Of a stretch of 64,000 nt of DNA, positions 60,994 through 64,000 are shown piece after piece; position 1 is the stretch's first letter; each line of letters begins with the position of its first letter. A model generated the notes under the pieces. The model ran no database searches and was not told the DNA's origin. It worked only from the letters and a program-made list of their open reading frames with translations. Both the position numbers and the translations under genes were made by a program. The stretch is taken from the NCBI GenBank assembly GCA_043228905.1, contig JBHGNT010000016.1:11842001-11906000 (forward strand), written 5' to 3'. The stretch comes from Azolla caroliniana (taxonomy: Eukaryota > Plantae > Polypodiophyta).

Positions 60994-63130
60994 ATGGACT
61001 ACCAAGCACTCTCTAAAGCAGCCAAGAAGTGGCTAAGGCAACACGGCTTAGAGGGTTTCCTCACCATCATGGAGGTGCCACCGCACTGGGAGGTGGAGAA
61101 GATAGTCAAAGAAATCGACACACAGCTGATTATTGAGGAGGCCATCCATGCGTTGATTGGCCTTTCGGAAGGGGGAATCTTCAATATCAAAAACCCTACC
61201 CCGGAACAGCTCCGAAAATATTTTGGGGAATACTCTCTGGCAAGCAAGGCTTACCAGACACAGGGCGGCAAAGATCCACTCTTTCGAGAGATTGCCCGTG
61301 TGCTCCATGAATTTGGACATGTATACCCTCGACCCCCATGCTTGCCCCAGAACCGGACCAGCTTAATCATAGCCACATATAAAGGCGTGAAGGTGGACTG
61401 GGCAGTACTGATTGTGGATGGCCTTTGTGCGGCCATCAACTCTGTCAGAGGAAAGGAGGGTCGGAAGATATGGACGGCGGTGGCGCAATGGCTTACCCGA
61501 TTGGTGCCACCTATCGAGCCCGTCAAGACCACAAAGCGGGGAAGAACAACTGAAGGCACCCCGAAAACGGCCTCGAAACGACAACAGTTGTTGGCGTCTA
61601 AGGCAACTAAAGGGAAGGCGGCCGACATGGACCAGGCGGCAAAGGAGCACGCCAATAGGAAACGGCCGGCGGAAACGCAAGAGGAGCCACCGGTACGGCG
61701 AATCAAGATCAGGCTTAATCGACCAGTTCAACAAGCACCGGACCCCTTGGCAGCGAAAATCAACTTCGGGACTTAGGACGAGGAAGCAGAGGAGGAACCG
61801 TTAAAGCACCTCCAGCAACGCCAGAAGGCAAGCACCTCCGAACATGCCGGGGAGTGTTCGGACCCAAAGAAGGATGGAACACCTGTACCCTGCCCTGAGT
61901 AGCCTACACCAAGGATGGAACCGGAACTGGTTCGGACAGAACCAGTCACAAAGCTCCTTGCACAACCTCTCCCGGCAGGTCAGGATACGGCAAGACCCGA
62001 AATCTAAGTGCCGGAAGTACAGTTGCCGACCCCACCAACAGGCCAAGAGCATTCAGAGGCGGAGCGTCCAACGGAGCCGCAACCAGAACGGCAAAGTGGT
62101 CACCAACAAGAGCCAGAGTTGCAACTCAACGCAACTGGACAAAACCGACCACTGGCCAGCGACACCAACACCCTTCAGGCAGACGCAACAACAGGGCACC
62201 GGTAGCCAATGGCTCCGGTAGATTGAAGAAAAAATTGCCAGAGTGGTACACTACATAGAGGTGGAAGAGAAAGCGCAGATGGACCGGTTGCTTGTCACAA
62301 CCGGAGAACTAGAGACGGCCCGGTCAAGGATCCGGAGCCTAGAATAGGACTTGGACCTGGCCACAGAAGAATTGGCCAAAATGGCCTTTACCGAACCACA
62401 ACTCCAAGCACCGGTGACTCCGGTAGATGTACAGAATAAAGAAGGACCGGCACCTGTACATAGCAATAGGACCCCAGAGACGGAAACAGTCCCGGAGATA
62501 TTGGCGGCGCAAGCAAAAGAGCTTGCTGAATTAAGAGATGAACTGGCCGCACAGGAAGCATTACGCACCCGAGAGCGGGACTTGAAGAAAGCGGCAGAAG
62601 AAGAGCAACGAAAGACTGCTGATAACGTCCGTCGGGCAGAAGAGAAACTGCGGAAAGGACATCAGTCCTATGACCGGCTAAAGGAGGAGAAAGAGAAGGT
62701 GCTGCAAGAGAAGGAGAAGCTGTGACAGATGGCGGAAACAGAGATCGAAAGGTTGAAAGAAGAACTCCGTCAACAGAAGGACCGGGAAGACCGCGCTCGC
62801 CGGTAACTCAACCAAAAGCTGAAGCAAAAGACCAATGATTTTGAGCACCTGCACCGGGACTACAAGCACCTGGATACGGAGCATAAGAAATAGCAGGAGA
62901 AGATGGTAGAGCTTCGGCAGGAGGTGCATAGAGTTGAGACGGCACTGGCGGAGGAACGGGCTAAAAGAACCATGCTGCTGGAGGAAGCCGCGCAAGCACG
63001 GATGGAGCTGCAGAAGCAGTATTATGAAGAAAAGGAAAGAGAGATGATGGTCTTGCAAAGGCTGTAGAACACCTATCAAACCCAATTGTCACATTACCAG
63101 GAGCAGGAGGTGGATATGGTTGCACTAATC
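60994..63130 (+). pseudogene. G4 accessory coiled-coil ORF remnant
   Basis: MDYQALSKAAKKWLRQHGLEGFL aligns to G3 MDPQTLSEAARKWLRQHRLDGFL. Confidence 0.82.
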
Positions 63131-63683
63131 ACATATATATTTACAAGGAGGGCAAGGATTCGAACCTTGCACCTCCTACTTAAGAGTCAATAAGCTTAGC
63201 ACTAAGCCATGACATTTAGTTAAATTTATATTTCTATCATTGTACTTTGACATGTAAATTCACATACATGAGAGCTAAAATGAGTGACTTGGTTATCATG
63301 CACCACATGTAATACATGAGCGCCAAATGGCAAACATGCATTTTATGCATGTCTTGTACCTTGACATGCATCATATGGATGAGAGCATATATAAAAGAAG
63401 GGATGAAAAAGAAGAAAGGTTAGGCTCTTTTGGTTATGAAATTAAGAAGAAGAAAATTCGTTATCGAATTGATCGTGTAACTTGTTTCTGAAATCTAAAG
63501 TCAAGAGTTCTTAATCTCTCTCTCAATCTAAAATCAAGCGTTCTATCTTTTCTCAATTTCTCTCTCTTTCAATCTATCTTAATTCCTTTCTCGCTAAAGC
63601 TTATGCCAACGTCGAATCTTTCCGGTCCAGAACCTCGACGGTTCCGCCTCACGATCCGCGCGTAGTGACGGATCTTCACGACA
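63131..63683 (+). mobile_element. Left-truncated LTR of the TGTCG..CGACA type
   Basis: Ends CACGACA followed by CCGG; TATA ~63389; CATG-rich; tRNA-like module at 63150-63209 on the minus strand. Confidence 0.7.
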
Positions 63684-64000
63684 CCGGCTTTGATTCCGGA
63701 ATCACGCTTCTTGTTGTCGGTGTATTGCTTCCGCTATGTCTTCCAGTCTTCCCTCTAGTTGTCGTATCCGGACCGCTAGTAGTTCTTCCCGGCTCATCTC
63801 TTCCTTCCACGGTAGCACTGTCCATGTCGCGATCGCGGTTTCCGTTGGCATTTCCGGTGCTTGTCCGGTCATGAGTTTTTCCGGCATGTAACCGGTTACG
63901 GAGCTATGCGTCGTCCGATCCGTCCATAGTGCATACGGAAGCATCTGCGGCCAATCTTACACCCTTCCATCGCATGCCTTCACAAGTGCTTTGACGATCG
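63684..64000 (-). pseudogene. pol: Gypsy integrase fragment running off the window
   Basis: LPYALWTDRTTHSSVTGYMP. Confidence 0.75.

Larger units (their letters stand above)
48298..63130 (+). mobile_element. Degenerate Gypsy G4, same family as G3; both ends truncated; hosts G2
   Basis: gag 48298-48674 plus 55450-56600, pol ~56600-60490, accessory ORF 60994-63130, all colinear with G3. Confidence 0.88.

Noticed and set aside
63140-63220. Functional tRNA-Lys(CTT) gene
   Set aside because: T-arm and boxes are good, but the acceptor and anticodon stems do not pair; treated as a tRNA-like module

Overview
The window is essentially all nested LTR retrotransposons from a plant genome, with no host gene visible. 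A non-seed land plant (bryophyte, lycophyte or fern) is inferred from the Tcn1/Tf1-type chromoviruses and the compact aRH-bearing Gypsy. The nest was reconstructed by eye from TG..CA ends, target-site duplications (TSDs), PBS and PPT. It contains three Copia family-A copies (105-13104, 13105-14540, 16823-23889), Tnt1/Tork-like Copias (B ~15055-46004, C 27926-33485, D fragment 47217-48297), an aRH Gypsy (G0 1326-8328), two copies of a non-chromovirus Gypsy with a large extra 3' ORF (G3 25260-44967, G4 ~48298-63130), two chromoviruses (G1 38453-42727, G2 48675-55449) and several solo LTRs. The most notable signals are: (1) a tRNA-like Pol III A-box/B-box module with fixed spacing in the U3 region of several otherwise dissimilar LTR families, always antisense and pointing out of the element; (2) Tf1-type self-priming, with a rearranged copy that preserves primer plus cDNA extension; (3) an LTR-like family with 4-bp CpG-centred palindromic TSDs; (4) an ~890-aa coiled-coil accessory ORF; (5) a Copia Pol with a long C-terminal tail. 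Family names come from motif recognition only; no database searches were run.
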